Positions 25,250 through 39,637 of a stretch of DNA of 64,000 nt are shown here, one piece after another (positions within the stretch are counted from its first letter, which is position 1; each line of letters begins with the position of its first letter). The DNA comes from Anolis carolinensis. Taxonomy: Eukaryota. Below the pieces are notes generated by a model. It saw only the letters and a program-made list of their open reading frames with translations. It was not told where the DNA came from and did not search any database. The position numbers and the translations under genes are program-made. The stretch covers positions 184,063,574 through 184,127,573 of the forward strand of contig NC_085841.1 in NCBI RefSeq assembly GCF_035594765.1, given 5' to 3'.

Positions 25250-26420
25250 CATACATGGATTAAGATGGGAATTAGATCTAGGATTTAAAATAGCAGAGAA
25301 ACAATGGGACTTAATCTGAGAAACTAAGCTTTATAAATCAATTTCTGCACAACTGAGAGAAAAAACTTTGAAAATTATATATAGATTGTACTACTATCCA
25401 CTCAACTACATAGAATTGATAGCAGAATTCCTAAACTATGATGGAAAAAGAATGGAGAAACAGAGGATTGGACCTACTTGTGGCTAATGTGCCACAGTAC
25501 AGAGATTCTGGGATGAAGTTCTATCATGGATAAACAAATAGTGGGGGAAACAATACACTTCAGGGGAGCTCTATTACCTATCTCTGTATTCAAAAATGAG
25601 AATAAGGATTTGGTAAATAAAAGGGTTAGGGTTAGATATAAAATTTGTTATATCTTTATTCCAAGGTTTAAATATCTGCATATTCCTCAGTATTGGTATT
25701 GTTTGAAATAAGTATAACATCTTTGGGAAAACTTTAATTTTTATTGTGGCTATTTTCCCCATTAGTGAGAGGTTTAAATATTTCCAATTTTCTAAATCTT
25801 TTTTATCTCTTTCTGATTCATAATTGTTCTTTAAAAGTTGAGAGTTACTTGCTGTTATGTATATGCCTTTTTTGTCTTTTATGAGTCATGAAGTGTGCTA
25901 CAAGACTCAAAATAGTCAGAACATGGAAAAAACAAGACAATTTATCAATAAATAATGGATTAAATAGTATATGGGCTATAACACTCTTGGAAATGTTAAT
26001 CTATAAATTATGGTTAACAAAATGAGAAATAAAAGAATACCTATTTGAAAATACATGGAAGCCATTTATTAGGTACATGTACAGAAGTTACAGCTCATTT
26101 AAGCCATCAAACAACCAAAAAAATATTTATTTATTATTTATTTACTATATTTATATCCTGCCTTTCTCAACCCTGAATGGGACTCAAGGCGGCTTATGGG
26201 TGAACAATTAGAAAAACATACCAAAGGAACTATATGTAATGGAGAAAATTAGAATAACTGAAAGGCAAGAGAACTGACAGGGTTGTACTTGTATAAAGAT
26301 ATGTTAATGATGGGTGTGGGGAAGTATAGAGATGGGAGTAGTCAGTGTAACAATGCAATTGTATCATGTTAAACTTTTATAAATTAAAAAATAAAATTAT
26401 TTTTAATATTTTAAAAATAA
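25250..26420. mobile_element. Degenerate L1-type LINE with an internally inverted piece
   Basis: Plus-strand ORF2 C-terminal remnants plus minus-strand KIATIKIKVFPKMLYLFQTIP at 25574-25762. Confidence 0.65.
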
Positions 26421-26684
26421 AAATAGTTGGCATATGAAACCTGATGAATCAAATTCTGCTGCCAAACATAGGTCTAGACCTGAATTTCCAACTTCTCTGT
26501 TACATCAGCTAACATCTGAAGTCCTATTAGACCAGTGGTTCTCAACCTGGAGTCCCCAGAAGTTTTTGATCTACAACTCCCAGAAATCCCAGCCAGTTTA
26601 CCAGCTGTTAGGATTTCTGGGAGTTGAAGGCCAAAACATCTGGGAACCCCAGGTTGAGAACCACTGTATTAGAAACACATTTAC

Positions 26685-26824
26685 CGGCTGCCCAGGTTGA
26701 AGTACAGGACCTCCATGCCCATTAGCTGGTGAATACACAGGTGGAGGTAGGGATTTCAGCATCATATTCTGCATAATGATCTGGTGCATCTGTGCATTTT
26801 GCATTAGCATCATCTCCACCATAT
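26685..26824 (-). CDS. C21orf58: C21orf58-like exon 6 (DMVEMMLMQNAQMHQIIMQNMMLKSLPP...PGQP)
   Basis: DUF4587 core EDMVE.ML.QNAQMHQ; AG/GT; 140 nt. Confidence 0.93.
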
Positions 26825-28969
26825 CTGGAAAAGCATGAAAGACAATATCATGAGGCCATTTCTTATTGTCTGCTGTTGATATTACAGTGGAATGCAAGAG
26901 AAAACAGCAGCCTCTAAAGCACAGACATGCTAGCCTGGCACCTCTGACCATTCCCAGTTCTGCCCATGATGGTAGTGTACCATGCAGTGGTATCCCTAGG
27001 TGGTGCAGTTTAAGTATGTGGACACTATCAGGGAGGGACACTCAAATGACTGTCTCTCCCAGAGAGGGTGCTCTCACAGGCTCTCCACATGCTCCAAGTG
27101 GCAAAAGCAATGAATGAAACCGACTCCCTCTCCTCTCCTTTCCCCCTGCAATCCTTGCTCCTCTCAGCCACAGTCTTATTTCCTCCCATAGTCCATGGTG
27201 TTGAATCAGAAATTGGCCCAAAACCACAGCATTTTTCAAATCATAGCCTCTGTGGTGGGCTGCCTGCTGCTGGAACAATGGTTGGTGGACAAAGTGACAT
27301 ATGTCCAGGATAACCATTTTGTCTTTTCTTCTGCTTCCATGGTTACAAGCCAGTCTGTGGTGGAGCTGCTCTGGAAGAAAGAAGATAGTAGTCCACCATC
27401 TCAGTTTGGGGCAGTGTGGGCTTCCAGCTGCCACTGGCGCCCTGCCCTGCCCTGCATAACACCAACCAGATGGCACCACCAACTGGCATCATCAACAGTT
27501 TCCTGCTGCGTGTGAGCACTAGTCAAGATGGACAAACAGCAGTCTCACTGATGACCGCCATTTCTTGTCTCATCACTGGGAGATGACAAAAGCATTCCTC
27601 TCCACACCCACATGTCAATGCATATATCCCACATTGATAGAGCACAGGACCCACTTAGGGCTGAAGCAGGATCTACACTGCCATATAATATAGATTATCA
27701 GAGCAGATAATCCACATTATCTGCTTTGAACTGGATTATATGTGTCTACACTGCCATATAATCCAGTTCAAAGTAGATAATTTAGAATTTATATGGTGGT
27801 ATGGATCCAGTCTGAGAGATTTATGTGTCCTCTATCCCAAAAGTTACTGGTTTTTAGCTCAATGTTGGAGTTAAAAAAAAATTAACAGTAAAAGGTTTCT
27901 GAACAATTGAACTCTGTTAGCAACAGCGTGCAGTGTTTACAGTGAACTGTGCAGAAGATGCTTCAGCTGCACTTCATAAAAAGGAAAATCATTCAGTTGA
28001 GCAACCCTTGCAAATGCTGGTTTATTATCTGCTTTTAATTGGATTATATGCGTCTACACTGCTATATAATCCAGTTCAAAGAAGATTATCTGGATTTTAT
28101 ATGGCAGTGTAGAAGGGGCTTTAAGCTGCCCTGAGTCCCCATGGGAAGATGGGGCGGGGAAGAAATAAGGTTTTGTTGTTGTTTTATACTAATTTTATAA
28201 ACCTATATACCTGGAGTCTCATAAAGATTTATCTGGCAGAAAGGGGCCGTGAATGGGAAAAGTTTAAGAGCCCCGTTTTAGGCTATAAAAGATAGACAAT
28301 ATATACAATATAGTTTGGTAAATGTCTGATGGCACAGATGTGGTAAATGGAAATAAATTTATCAAAGTCCCTGTGCACTCTGGATTGATTTGCCATGATG
28401 TATTGTGGACAACAAGTCAATTTGAGGTGTGGACAATAGTATCTGATTATATATTTGCATGTGGCAAAATTAGCCATCTATTATATGGCAAAAACATTTG
28501 CAAAGAAGTTTAATTTTTCTCCATATTCTTACCAACAGCTAAACTAGATGTGATGGGGATACACCAAATGTCCTTTGACCCTTTCTCCTCCTCAAGGAAC
28601 ACAATCAGTCGAGTGTTTTCGGCTTTCTCTCCACTCCAAAATACTTTGAGATTTTCTTCTCACATAGCTAGGAAAGATGATGGTGGAAATAGTTTCTGAT
28701 TATGCCTGATCAGATTCAGGCACAGAAACCCATAACTTTATTACCTTTTTTAAAACCTAAAAAAAGGTTCACACCTCTCCTATATTTAATCTAGTTTGAC
28801 CATAAAATAGGTTGTTTAATTGGGACCTGAGGTGGTTAGCTGCCAAAGCCATTGTGTTCATCATATTCTGAAGTGACTGTCAGAACAGACCCTGGATTTC
28901 CTTGTCATGCCCCTTTTCACAGCAGCATATTGCAAATATGGCGGCAGGCCCATCTTGGGCTTTCTCTCA

Positions 28970-29245
<276 letters not shown>

Positions 29246-30036
29246 CTAATATAAATTTGGACTAATCATACTACTAATTAATAATCTTTTAGAGTGTCAT
29301 CCACACAGCTAGAAGTAGAAACTTTTATTACGGTCAATGACCAGCTTGTAACAGGGGTACCCAGTTCTGTACATCCATGTCAGACTTCATTAATAATAAT
29401 AAAATTATAACAAAAAATTAAAAAACTATTATAAAATTGAATTATTTACCAATTTAAAATCTAGGCTAAAGACCACATACAAGTAACTATTGAAGCCCAA
29501 CTAATCCCACAGGATCCTCTGGGGCAGTCTCAAGGGAGGGAGTGGGGATGACACCGGGGGGGGGGGGGGGGAGTAACCATAACTGTAAATAACAGTCTAG
29601 AACTATAATTATCAGTCTATTTCTGATTACCCATCTATACTCTGTAGGAGATGCTTAAGTCTTTTGGCTCTCAATCATCGTCTGCCGAATTTTAATTGCA
29701 GCTGTGCAGAACTTGGCAACGTTGTATGTCACAACACACAGCTGCATTTAAATCTGCAAAACCTTTTGAGAAAGTAGATCAGGGTCCTTTAAGATTCATT
29801 CAGGTCCATCTGAGTAGAAGTCCACCTCTAATCACAGTACAAATGCTATCCAGATTTCTCAGGGTCATTAATGCTTGTCATTGTTATTTGGTAAGCGAAG
29901 GCCCTTTCTACACTGCCATATAAAATCCAGAGTATGGATTCTATATGGCAGTGTAGATAGGGCCTAAGATTCCTAGAAAGCACATTTCTAATCAAATATG
30001 TGAATTATTAAATCTGCAAAAGTCAAAAGGAGATCA

Positions 30037-31293
30037 AGCCCTATGAGGAGCGACTTAAAAAGCTGGACATGTTTAACCTGCAGAGGAGAAGGCTGAAAGA
30101 AGACGTGATAGCCATGTATAAATATGTCAAGGGAAGTCATAGGGAGGAGGGAGCAAGCTTGTTTTCTGCTACCCTGGAGACTAGGACATGGAACAATGTA
30201 ACAGAAAATGTTGACCATTTCCGCTACCTTGGCAGCCACCTCTCCACAAAAGTCAACATCGACACTGAAATACAACACCGCTTGAGCTCTGCGAGTACAG
30301 CATTTTTCCGAATGAAGCAGAGAGTGTTTGATGATCGGGACATCCGTAGAGATAACAAGGTGCTTGTTTATAAAGCCATTGTCCTCCCAACCCTGCTCTA
30401 CGCCTGCGAAACGTGGATGGTCTACAGATGTCACGCTCAACTCCTGGAGCGTTTCCATCAGCGTTGCCTCAGAAAAATCCTGAAAATTTCTTGGGAAGAC
30501 AGGCGGACAAATGTCGGCGTGCTGGAAGAAGCAAAGACCACCAGCACTGAAGCGATGCTCCTACACCATCAACATCGCTAGACAGGCCATGTTGTCTGAA
30601 TGCCCGATCACCGTCTCCCAAAGCAGTTACTCTACTCTGAACTCAAGAACAGGAAATGTAATGTTGGTGGGCAGGAAAAGAGAATTAAAGAAGGACTTAA
30701 AGCCAACCTTAAAAACTGTGGCATAGACACTAAGAACTGGGAAGCCCTGGCCCTTGAGTGCTCTAATTGGAGGTCAGCTGTGAACAGCAGTGCTATGGAG
30801 CTAGAAGAGGCACGAATGGAGGGCTTAAGGGAGAAACGTGCCAAGAGGAAGGAGCATCAAGCCAACCCTGACCGGGACTGCCTTCCACCTGGAAACCGAT
30901 GTCTTCATTGCGGGAGAACATGCGGATCAAGAACAGGTCTCTTCAGCCACTTACGGACACCCCCCCAAGACCCCACAACTGGAAGACCATCATCCTCGGC
31001 TTATGATTAATCGCCTAAGTAAGTAAATAAGTAAGTAAATAAATAAGTAACAATGTCTTCAAACTACAGGAAAGGAGATTCCACTTGAACATTAAGAAGA
31101 ACTTCCTCACTGTGAGAGCTGTTCAGCAGTGGAACTCTCTGTTCCGGACTGTGGTGGAGCCTCCTTCTTTGGAGGCTTTTAAGCAGGGGCTGAATGGCCA
31201 TCTGTCGGGGGTGCTTTGAATGTGATTTTCCTGCTTCTTGTCAGTGGGTTGGACTGGATGGCTCATGAGGTCTCTTCCAACTCGATGATTCTA
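30037..31293 (+). mobile_element. CR1 3' fragment split by a nested RTE LINE
   Basis: CR1 sequence at 30037-30199 resumes at 31049. Confidence 0.88.
30200..31048 (+). mobile_element. 5'-truncated RTE-clade LINE
   Basis: FRYLGS...LVYKAIVLPTLLYACETW...RFHQRCLRKIL; (TAAG/TAAA)n tail; TSD AACAATGT at 30192-30199 and 31049-31056. Confidence 0.9.
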
Positions 31294-31517
31294 TAATGAC
31301 TGTACTCCATTTGAACGTGTTAACATGTAAAGCTTTTTTAATTCATTCATATTTGCTATTGTTCATCCTTCATGCAGGAGCCACTGTCTTTTCAATTCTT
31401 CCTAGCTCTTCTTGAAGATCTAACATAGCCACAAAAGAACTAATCAGTGCCATCTTGATCTAGCCCAGGGTTCTCAACCTGTGGGCCGCAAGAACAAAAA
31501 TCTGGTCCGTGAGCCTG

Positions 31518-31519
31518 CT

Positions 31520-31563
<44 letters not shown>
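31518..31563. repeat. (TTTC)n microsatellite
   Basis: Direct. Confidence 0.95.
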
Positions 31564-31898
31564 TTATTTCCACTTCATTCTGCAGAGCTGACCATTGCAT
31601 TGGATAGACCACATCATCTCTAGATTATTAAATATGGTTTTCTGTGGGCGAGCAGATGGCGACTACTGAGTGGTATATATTCTGTATCAGAAACTAGAGC
31701 TAATGTAGACTATTCAATGCAATTATCTAAATCAGCACCCCAAATAATCAAATAACCTAAAAACTGTTTCATAACCCTTTTGGTACTAATGTTGAAGAGT
31801 GGTCCCCGGTCAAAGTGGTCCCTGGTCAAAAAAGGAACCACTGATCTAGCCACATTTGTTTTAGCAGCTTCTGTATCTTTCCTCTTTTTCCTTTAGCC

Positions 31899-32296
31899 CA
31901 GGGGTCCTCAAATTTTTTAAACAGAGGGCCAGTCCACGGTCCCTCAGAGTGTTGGGGGAAATGGACTATAGTTTGAAAAAAATACAAACAAATTCCTATG
32001 CACATTGCACATGTCTTATTTGTAGTGCAAAAAAAAAAACCAACCCTCAAAAGAATATTTAAAAATAAGAACAATTTTAACAAACATAAACCTATCAGGA
32101 TTTCAATGGGAAGTGTGGGCCTGCTTCTGGCCAATGAGACAGTCAAGTTAATTAGGATTGTTGTTGTTGTGTGCTTTCAAGTCATTTCAGACTTTAAGCA
32201 AGCTTAAGTCTAAAACTGAGCGCGGGGGGGGGGGGGGGCAGATAAATGACCTTGGAGGGCTGCACCCAGCCCACGGGCCTTAATTTGGGGACCCCT
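31899..32296. mobile_element. hAT-type MITE (similar elements about 26533-26666, 31466-31843)
   Basis: CAGGGGTCCTCAAA...TTTGGGGACCCCTG TIRs, degenerate 8-bp TSD CTTTAGCC/CTTTAACT. Confidence 0.7.
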
Positions 32297-32736
32297 GCTT
32301 TAACTGTGTATCAAATTAGGCAAAGATTAGTTTTCCCTTGCAAGAAATTGCTTGAAAGATATTTCTCTTCCTTGATCTCTGAAAAGAGATCTGTTTCTAC
32401 CATTATTTATTTATTTGTATCCCACTTTTATCTCTTTATTGGGACACAAAGCATCTCGCCGCATTAATAATAGGCTTCAGAACATGATGTACCCATGTTT
32501 GCAGACTGAATTGTTAAAAATACAAGATCTGAAACTAGCTTTCTTTAAAGAAAGAATTTTTAAAAAACCTCAAAGTCTAGCAATACCCTCAAAACACTAC
32601 TGCTATTGGCTTGGTGTTAATAGACTCATTTATAATTTATCAGATGTACAATTTTCCCCTATAAATTATTTTCCTTGTTACAATTAATTAGCATGAATTT
32701 TCCTTTCAAGGAATGGTTATAACAGAAGGCACTTAC

Positions 32737-32913
32737 TGTCTGCTGGATAATTCTTGGTTGTTCAGGTACAGCAGGAGGAAGAGGAGGTGGGGGAGGAAGA
32801 GGAAGGGGAAGGGGAGGAGGAGGGGTTTGGTAGATATGTTCTGGTCTGATCGGCATTCTTTGGACTCTTGGCAAACCGTGTGGGAGTGAAAATTCATCCA
32901 AAAGATTTTGCTC
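32737..32913 (-). CDS. C21orf58: C21orf58-like exon 4 (EQNLLDEFS...polyPro...PRIIQQT)
   Basis: Matches human EQHLLDELS...PPRII; AG/GTAAG; 177 nt. Confidence 0.88.
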
Positions 32914-35178
32914 CTGCAAATTCACATACAGATAAGCCCAACTTTTTGTTTATTAGTTACTAATGTTTGTTATACAAAAGATGTATTATTTACCTGATAG
33001 CACCCATCTCTAAAAATGTCTTCCAGAACTACTCTATGGTCAATATCAGCTGGAAGCTGACCATAAAATTGCACTGGGGACTTCTCTCCATCTCTATACA
33101 TGCATATTTCGCCTGTATTGAAAAATTCAATTCAGCGGAAATATAGGCTTCAAAAGACACTTTTACTCCTTGATTTAAAATCTGTATTTGACATTAAAAC
33201 AAAGAAGGATTTTTTTTAAAAAATGCAATAACCAGAGAGCATATGTTAAAATATCCCAATATGGTATCTACTTCACAAAGCCAAAAAAAAGATGCATCTA
33301 AACTGGACATCTCTTTCAAGACATGATATTTCTAAACATTTTGTAAGTGTAACACGGACCCCAAAATGAGGGATAGAGAGGTTGAGCCCCCTTAAAACTA
33401 GACTGGGAGGGCAAGAAATAATTTGTCAAAACTGGACCATCAAGACTCTTGTGGACTTGAACTTGCTCCAGAACAACCAAGAAATAAACTAACAGATCAA
33501 GTGCTAAGAAATACTAAGAAAGCTATTGTTGAGTCCTCATACAGATAACAAAAGCTTTTTATGTAATTGATCCGTTGCACATTTTATGGGGAGTGAATAC
33601 ATAGAAGGGATATATCCACTGTGCTTGTAAAGGTCTTAACATTTGACAATAATAAATGAGAGCAGTATTTTGCTCTCCCCCTGCAGATACAGGCAGTCCC
33701 CAAGTTACAAACAAGATAGATTCTGTAGGTTTATTCTTAAGTTGAATTTGAATGTAAGTCGGAACAGGTATGTTATTCAAGTGTAACTCTAGCCAAAAAA
33801 TGTAATTTTTGCCTTTTGATAGTATAGGGAAGGGCTAACATCCCTGTGGTGTTTGCTTTGCTGTCTGTGCCCTTGTTCAGAGGATTTCGTCACACTTTCT
33901 GTCCATGTGATAATTGGATTTTGAAAATTTTAATTTTTTGTGGAAACAAGGACTGGTGAGAAAGCTTCAATGGAGATACCTTTTCCCCATGATCACTCTT
34001 TCAGGAGTGGATTTTCCTTCCAAGGAGTAGATTCTTTTCACTTCATGTTGTCTCACCCCCGTTCTTAACTAGGAGTTGTTGGTAAGTCAGATGTTTGTAA
34101 CTCGGGAACTGCCTATACAAGTCTGCCTGGTGTTGTTTATTGAGTATCTGCCAGGGAATTGTTAACACTAGCTTCACTTAGGCTGGATCTACATTGTCCT
34201 ATATACCAGGATCTGATCCCAGATTATCTGCTTTGAACTGGATTATATGAGTCTACACTGCTATATAATCCAGTTCAAAGCAGATAATCTGGATTTTATA
34301 TGGCAGTGTAGAAGGGGCCTTACCTTACCAAATAACAATGACAAACATTAATGACCCTGAGAAACCTGGATAGCATTTGTACTACCATTAGAGGTGAACA
34401 TAGTTCTCTACACAGATGGACCTGGATGAGTCTTATATGACCCTGATTTGCTTTCCCAAAAACTCTTGCAGGTTTAAAAGCAGATAATCTGGGATCAGAT
34501 CCTGAGATGTAGGACAGTGTAGATCCAGCCCTAGTGCTTATCTGAAGTGGAATTCCTATTTTGTTACAGGAATAAGTAGCAATTTGTTTTTACAAGACTT
34601 TTGCAGGAAGTTGAACAGATATAGCTGAGGCCCCTTCTATACAGCTGAATAATATCCCACATTTTCTGCTTTGAACTGGAATATATGGCAGTGTGGACTC
34701 GTATAACCCAGTTCAAAGCAGATACTGTGGGATTTTCTGCCTTGATGTTCTGGGTTATATGGCTGTGTGGAAGGGCCTTGAATTTTTTCACATTCCATTC
34801 CACTTGAAAAAGGTTAATCTGTGACATTGATTTAAGAATGACTATCCCATCTCCATCAAGCTTTCAGCACATATTTGGAAGTTCAGAAATGAGTTTCAAA
34901 TCATGCTATATATTTAATGTAACATATAGTTTAATAAATTTTTTGAATGGCTTCATGCACAACTATTCTAGGGGACTATTGAGTACAGATATTCTCAAAA
35001 AATCTGAAATAAACATACTACTAAAACAATTGATAATACATTCCCACACATTTTTGCACAGGTGTAAATCCTTATTGCATATGTCACCCTGAGATAAGTA
35101 CACAGTATATACAATACAGTCTGTGTGGTTTAATAAGATTTATTAATGAAAATATTGTATACATTGCCTGGATCATAC

Positions 35179-35252
35179 CCTGAGTTTCTGCAGAAGATCT
35201 TTTCTTCGTTTCATTGCACTCTGTAAAGTATGACTATAGCCACCATTGTTCC
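35179..35252 (-). CDS. C21orf58: C21orf58-like exon 3 (NNGGYSHTLQSAMKRRKDLLQKLR)
   Basis: Matches human ALQTALKRRRDLLQRLR; AG/GT; 74 nt. Confidence 0.88.
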
Positions 35253-36307
35253 CTGCAAACACATTGAAGAAACTTAATTCCTTTGATTTACTGGTAATTT
35301 TAACTGTTTCTTTTTATAGAAAACATAGAAGAGATGAATGAATGAAGAGTGAGAAAAGAAGATAACAAAGAAGGAAAGAGTAAAGCATGCTGAACGTTGA
35401 GTTAGGGAAAAAGAAGTTTTATGACAGAATCAACCAAGTCACTCTATAACCTTTCAATAACATCTGATATATGTCTACACTAGCACCTGCACTTTATTTC
35501 TGGTTTATTATGATCTGCACCATTTAAAACTTCTCTTCAAGCTTGTTCAGGATCAGGACTGCAATTTGTTGTTGCTTTCTGGGAAGATAAGTGCAAAAGA
35601 CCAGTAACTTCAATCTACATGATTACCTCCTCCTTCACATAGCAATGTGAAGATGCCTCTGAAGCTGCCAGCCACAGATGCAGGCAAAACATAAGGAGAA
35701 AATGCTACTAGAATATGGCCATACAGCCCGGAAATCACGCAACACCCAAGCTCTCACCATTTGACAACCTACACAAAGAAGGAGATGGTTGATTTTTCTG
35801 CAAAGCATTAAGCTACAGCACTTACATTGATCCATGGATAAGTCGACCCAGGTTTTTGGATCAATTTTTTAATTAAGATTTCTAGATTTGTGCTGTATGT
35901 TTCATATATACCTTATACACATATCCTGAAGGTAATCTTATGCAAGATTTCTAATAATATTGAGCCTGAAACAAAGATTGTGCAAATTAAACTATTGGAA
36001 AGCAAAGGTGTTTTGATGTTATTTACCACCATTTTTATAGACAATTTTAGATATTTGCTTATTTTAGATTTTGGAATGCCAGATAAGGGCCACTCAACCT
36101 GTAGTAAACTGGAGGTCCATAACAAATTTAATCTTAAGACTGTGGAAAATATCCTATTATCTGATCCGCCTTGAGTCCCCTCCAAGGTGGAGAAAGGCGT
36201 GAGACAAATGTCATAAATAAATGAATAAAAATTAGCCACTACTGTATAGCGAACCAAATATTTCTTCACTACAATGAGATGTAATGGAGTATAATCTAGT
36301 TCCTTAC

Positions 36308-36365
36308 GTGTTGCAGATAAAGGAGATTCAAACTCATCCAAGTTTTCAAATTCATTTTCTAGTTT
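36308..36365 (-). CDS. C21orf58: C21orf58-like exon 2 (KLENEFENLDEFESPLSAT)
   Basis: CAG/GTAAG boundaries, 58 nt, phase-consistent. Confidence 0.8.
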
Positions 36366-36932
36366 CTGTGGATCAAAACAAAGTGAAGATTAACAGGAAG
36401 CCAGGGGGCCTAGTTGCTTTAAACAAGTGCTTTAAAATTATTGGATTCAAAAAAGAAATGTGAAAAGAAGTGGGGAAATACAAGGAATTATTATTATTAT
36501 CATTATTATTATTATTATTATTATAATATTTATTTTATACCCTCCTTTATCTCCCCTGAAGGCGTCTCAAAGCAGCTTAACATAAAAGCATCAGCATAAC
36601 AATTTAAAATATACAAATATGCAAACATTAAAATGATTAAATATAAACAGTATTTTAAAAATCCCAGTTAAAAACCATGAAAGCGTATTCAAAGTTAAAA
36701 ATTACATCACCCCTGAATTGATTTTAAAAGCAAGACAAGGAGCCTCAAATATCTAAACATGGAGGCTGCTGGTGTTATTGCCCCTGGGACCTCATATACA
36801 CTACCATATAATGCAGTTTTGACAGTATGCCTTCCTTTTTTCCTCCATCTATGGGTACACTAATTCTACACTATAGAAACAATGCAGTTTGACACCATTT
36901 TAATTGCCATGCTCAATGCTATAGAATCATGG

Positions 36933-37583
36933 ATCATAGAATCATAGAATCATAGAATAGTAGAGTTGGAAGAGACCTCATGGGCCATCTAGTCCAACCC
37001 TCCGCTAAGAAGCAGGAAATCGCATTCAAAGCACCCCCGACAGATGGCCATCCAGCCTCTGCTTAAAAGCTTCCAAAGAAGGAGCCTCCACCACAGCCCG
37101 GGGGAGAGAGTTCCACTGTCGAACAGCTCTCACAGTGAGGAAGTTCTTCCTGATGTTCAGGCGGAATCTCCTTTCCTGTAGTTTGAAGCCATTGTTCCGT
37201 GTCCTAGTCTGCAGGGCAGCAGAAAACAAGCTTGCTCCCTCCTCCCTATGACTTCCCTTCACGTATTTGTACATGGCTAGCATGTCTCCTCTCAGCCTTC
37301 TCTTCTGCAGGCTAAACATGCCCAGCTCTTTAAGCCGCTCCTCATAGGGCTTGTTCTCCAGACCCTTGATCATTTTAGTTGCCCTCCTCTGGACGCATTC
37401 CAGCTTGTCAACATCTCCCTTCAACTGCGGTGCCCAAAATTGGACACAGTATTCCAGGTGTGGTCTGACCAAGGCAGAATAGAGGGGTAGCATGACTTCC
37501 CTGGATCTAGACACCATACCCCTATTTATGCAGGCCAGAATCCCATTGGCTTTTTTAGCTGCCGCATCACATTGTTGGCTCAT
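36933..37583 (-). mobile_element. CR1 LINE 3' fragment (young; ORF2 tail still open)
   Basis: [21 protein letters not shown]...[15 protein letters not shown]; octamer (GATTCTAT)n tail. Confidence 0.95.
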
Positions 37584-38149
37584 TCACATTGTTGGCTCAT
37601 AGGAATTGTAATTCTACAAAGTCTTGAATCTTTTCTGCCAAAGAATGCTAGTCCCTCACCAAACTACAGCTCCCAGGATCTCACAACTGATGGTTAAAAT
37701 GGTGTCAATCTGCATTAATTGTACAATGTAGATGCTGCCTATGTCTCTTTATCTCTTTCTCTCTTCCTTGATCCACCTGAAAACTTTAAAACTATGACTG
37801 GGAATATTTTAGATTCTTAAGACATTAAAGTTGTAAGTCCAATTAAACTTAATAGGGATTTTTCACAATAGATATATTTAGATATGGGTGTCCTGTTGGA
37901 TTATCATAATTGATGCTGACATCATCTCTTTCTAAATTATTTTTTTTTTAGTATCTTGGGCCCCTTCTACACTGCCATATAATCCAGAGTATCAAATCAT
38001 TATCTGCTTTAAACTGGATTTGAGTCTACATTGCCATATAATCCAATTCAAAGTAGATAATCTGGATTTTATATGGCAGTTTAGAAGGGGCCTAGGTTTC
38101 TAAGTCTGTTTCTGGGCTTACTTGGGATGCTGATTCGGAAAGTTTCATT

Positions 38150-38392
38150 GAGCAAGTTTATTTTCTTCTGCCCTGGAGACTAAGACGCGTAACAATGGCT
38201 TCAAACTACATGAAAGGAGATTCCACCTGAACATTAGGAAGAACTTCCTAACTGTAAGAGCTGTTCAGCAGTGGAACTCTCTGCCCTGGAGTGTGGTGGA
38301 GGCTCCTTCTTTGGAGGCTTTTAGACAGAGGCTGTCGGGGGTGCTTTGAATACAATTTTCCTGCTTCTTGGCAGAAAGGTGTTGGACTGGAT
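38150..38392 (+). mobile_element. CR1 3' fragment
   Basis: Homology to the other CR1 copies. Confidence 0.85.
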
Positions 38393-39577
38393 CAGCTCTA
38401 GTTCATTAGATATAGTGATCATGATTTCCTATGGGTAAGCAAATGAAGACAAATATGGCATATGTTTTGTATCTCAAAAACTAGAGCTGATGGGGGGAAC
38501 TGGTGCCATTTTTGGAATCATCAGGTCAAATATACCCAGAAACAAGCCTAACGTTTGAGGCACCAAAATATGTATTGGCCAGTGTTATTAGTTGTATTAA
38601 GATCATGATTTTGAATGTGAAGAAGCATATCTAAACAGAATAAAGAAGGTTTAGTGTTTTCACTTTGTCATACACTCTCAAGTGAAAAAATATAAAATAC
38701 AATGTACAGTATACTGATACAATGTGGATTTTGTGTGTATCAATTTGCATATAAACTTCTGGGAAATCAGCCTCTGAGGGCATAGTGTTGGAAATGTCAA
38801 CCTTCATCAAGCCTTCTCTAGCAGTCGGTTTGTCTATGATCTTATTGCTTACTCTTTCCTGTATGTATATTCTGGTGTGCAGCTTCCTTTACTCTATGGT
38901 TTCTGAGAAGTTATAAAAGGGGTTGCAGACAACATGCTTTTTCTCTCTCTCCTTTTGACTATGTGACCTGTTGATAGCTGTTTTGTTATAAGAGAGATGC
39001 CCTGGCTGGCTGGCACAAGGAACCATCTCAAAGATATTTGAAACTGGACTAATAAGTTTTTTGTACCTGTGTATGCGGAACACATGAAAGTTGTGAATAA
39101 ACTAAATATGTTATTTCCATAAAAGTCTACTTCATTTTTGTCTCTTGAGTGCATAATATGAAACAAGGTGTTTCATGGGTACTGAAAGAAATACTCTTCT
39201 AAAGCTCTGCTGTTTTTATGCACTGAGAAATCTCTGTTTTCCTGACAGATCGAAGATTTCTGATTGTTCAGTCTAACAACTGAAACCATTGCCTAGCATA
39301 TTTGGTCATATACTGTACTACAAGAGGAGATCCTGCCTAAAGGGTTTTTGGCTCTTCTCTAAAAGGTTATGTTCTCTAATAAAATGTTGGTTGGCAATGG
39401 TGTCAACTGCCATTTTTATAGATAAAGCACATGCATGACTATATGGTAAAGAAATGTCTGTCCTACAAAACTTTCCTTTTCGTTTCTGCATACCAAAACT
39501 ATGCATTTATTGCTACTGTGGAAAAACAGTAGCGTGGGAAGCTAATCTCTGGACAATACTGTAAAAATATAACTTAC

Positions 39578-39637
39578 CTTTTTAAGAAGTTTGATTTTTA
39601 GCTGTGCCAAGTGATCAGCCACGTCAGAGTCCGTCAT
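39578..39637 (-). CDS. C21orf58: C21orf58-like (DUF4587) coding exon 1 (MTDSDVADHLAQLKIKLLKK)
   Basis: Resembles recalled human C21orf58 [20 protein letters not shown]; GTAAG donor. Confidence 0.8.

Noticed and set aside
30069-30581. 170-aa ORF as a novel gene
   Set aside because: Chance in-frame fusion of CR1 ORF2 and the nested RTE fragment
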